The translations under genes were made by a program, and so were the position numbers. This document shows, one piece after another, positions 38,287 to 38,287 of a stretch of 38,287 bases of DNA. The stretch spans positions 1-38,287 of the forward strand of contig JAJCYU010000209.1 of the NCBI GenBank assembly GCA_029262755.1. The letters are read 5' to 3'. The notes under the pieces are model-generated. The model did not search any database. It had not been told where the DNA came from and was given only the letters and a program-made list of their open reading frames with translations. Within the stretch, counting starts at the first letter, position 1, and every line of letters begins with the position of its first letter. This DNA is from Anaerolineae bacterium (GTDB lineage Bacteria; Chloroflexota; Anaerolineae; Epilineales; Epilineaceae).

Positions 38287-38287
38287 G

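Overview
GC-rich (about 70%) bacterial DNA with three minus-strand genes. About 90% of the window is one open reading frame (3619 to the right edge, at least 11,555 aa). It is still open at the edge, so the true start is not in the window. It encodes a giant extracellular protein: about 78 complete tandem DUF11-type Ig-like domains plus one partial (hand count), then a ~610-aa C-terminal region of four related subdomains with no standard anchor signal. The array is hierarchical: domains cycle A-B-C-D through 19 tetrads, and tetrads 5-16 form a 12-domain (~5 kb) super-repeat present four times, reminiscent of titin. Sequence co-variation suggests several covalent cross-links: a Lys/Asp/Asn isopeptide triad (all three residues lost together in one domain), intradomain Cys pairs, and a predicted B-to-C interdomain disulfide that co-occurs in 7 of 7 cases. 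Downstream lie a 17-bp hairpin, an exported triple-PDZ protein with no protease domain and Met/His-rich linkers, and a HAMP-HisKA sensor kinase that runs off the left edge and is missing from the supplied ORF track. A Chloroflexota origin is my inference from the C-terminal repeat style. All counts and GC values are by hand; no searches were run.
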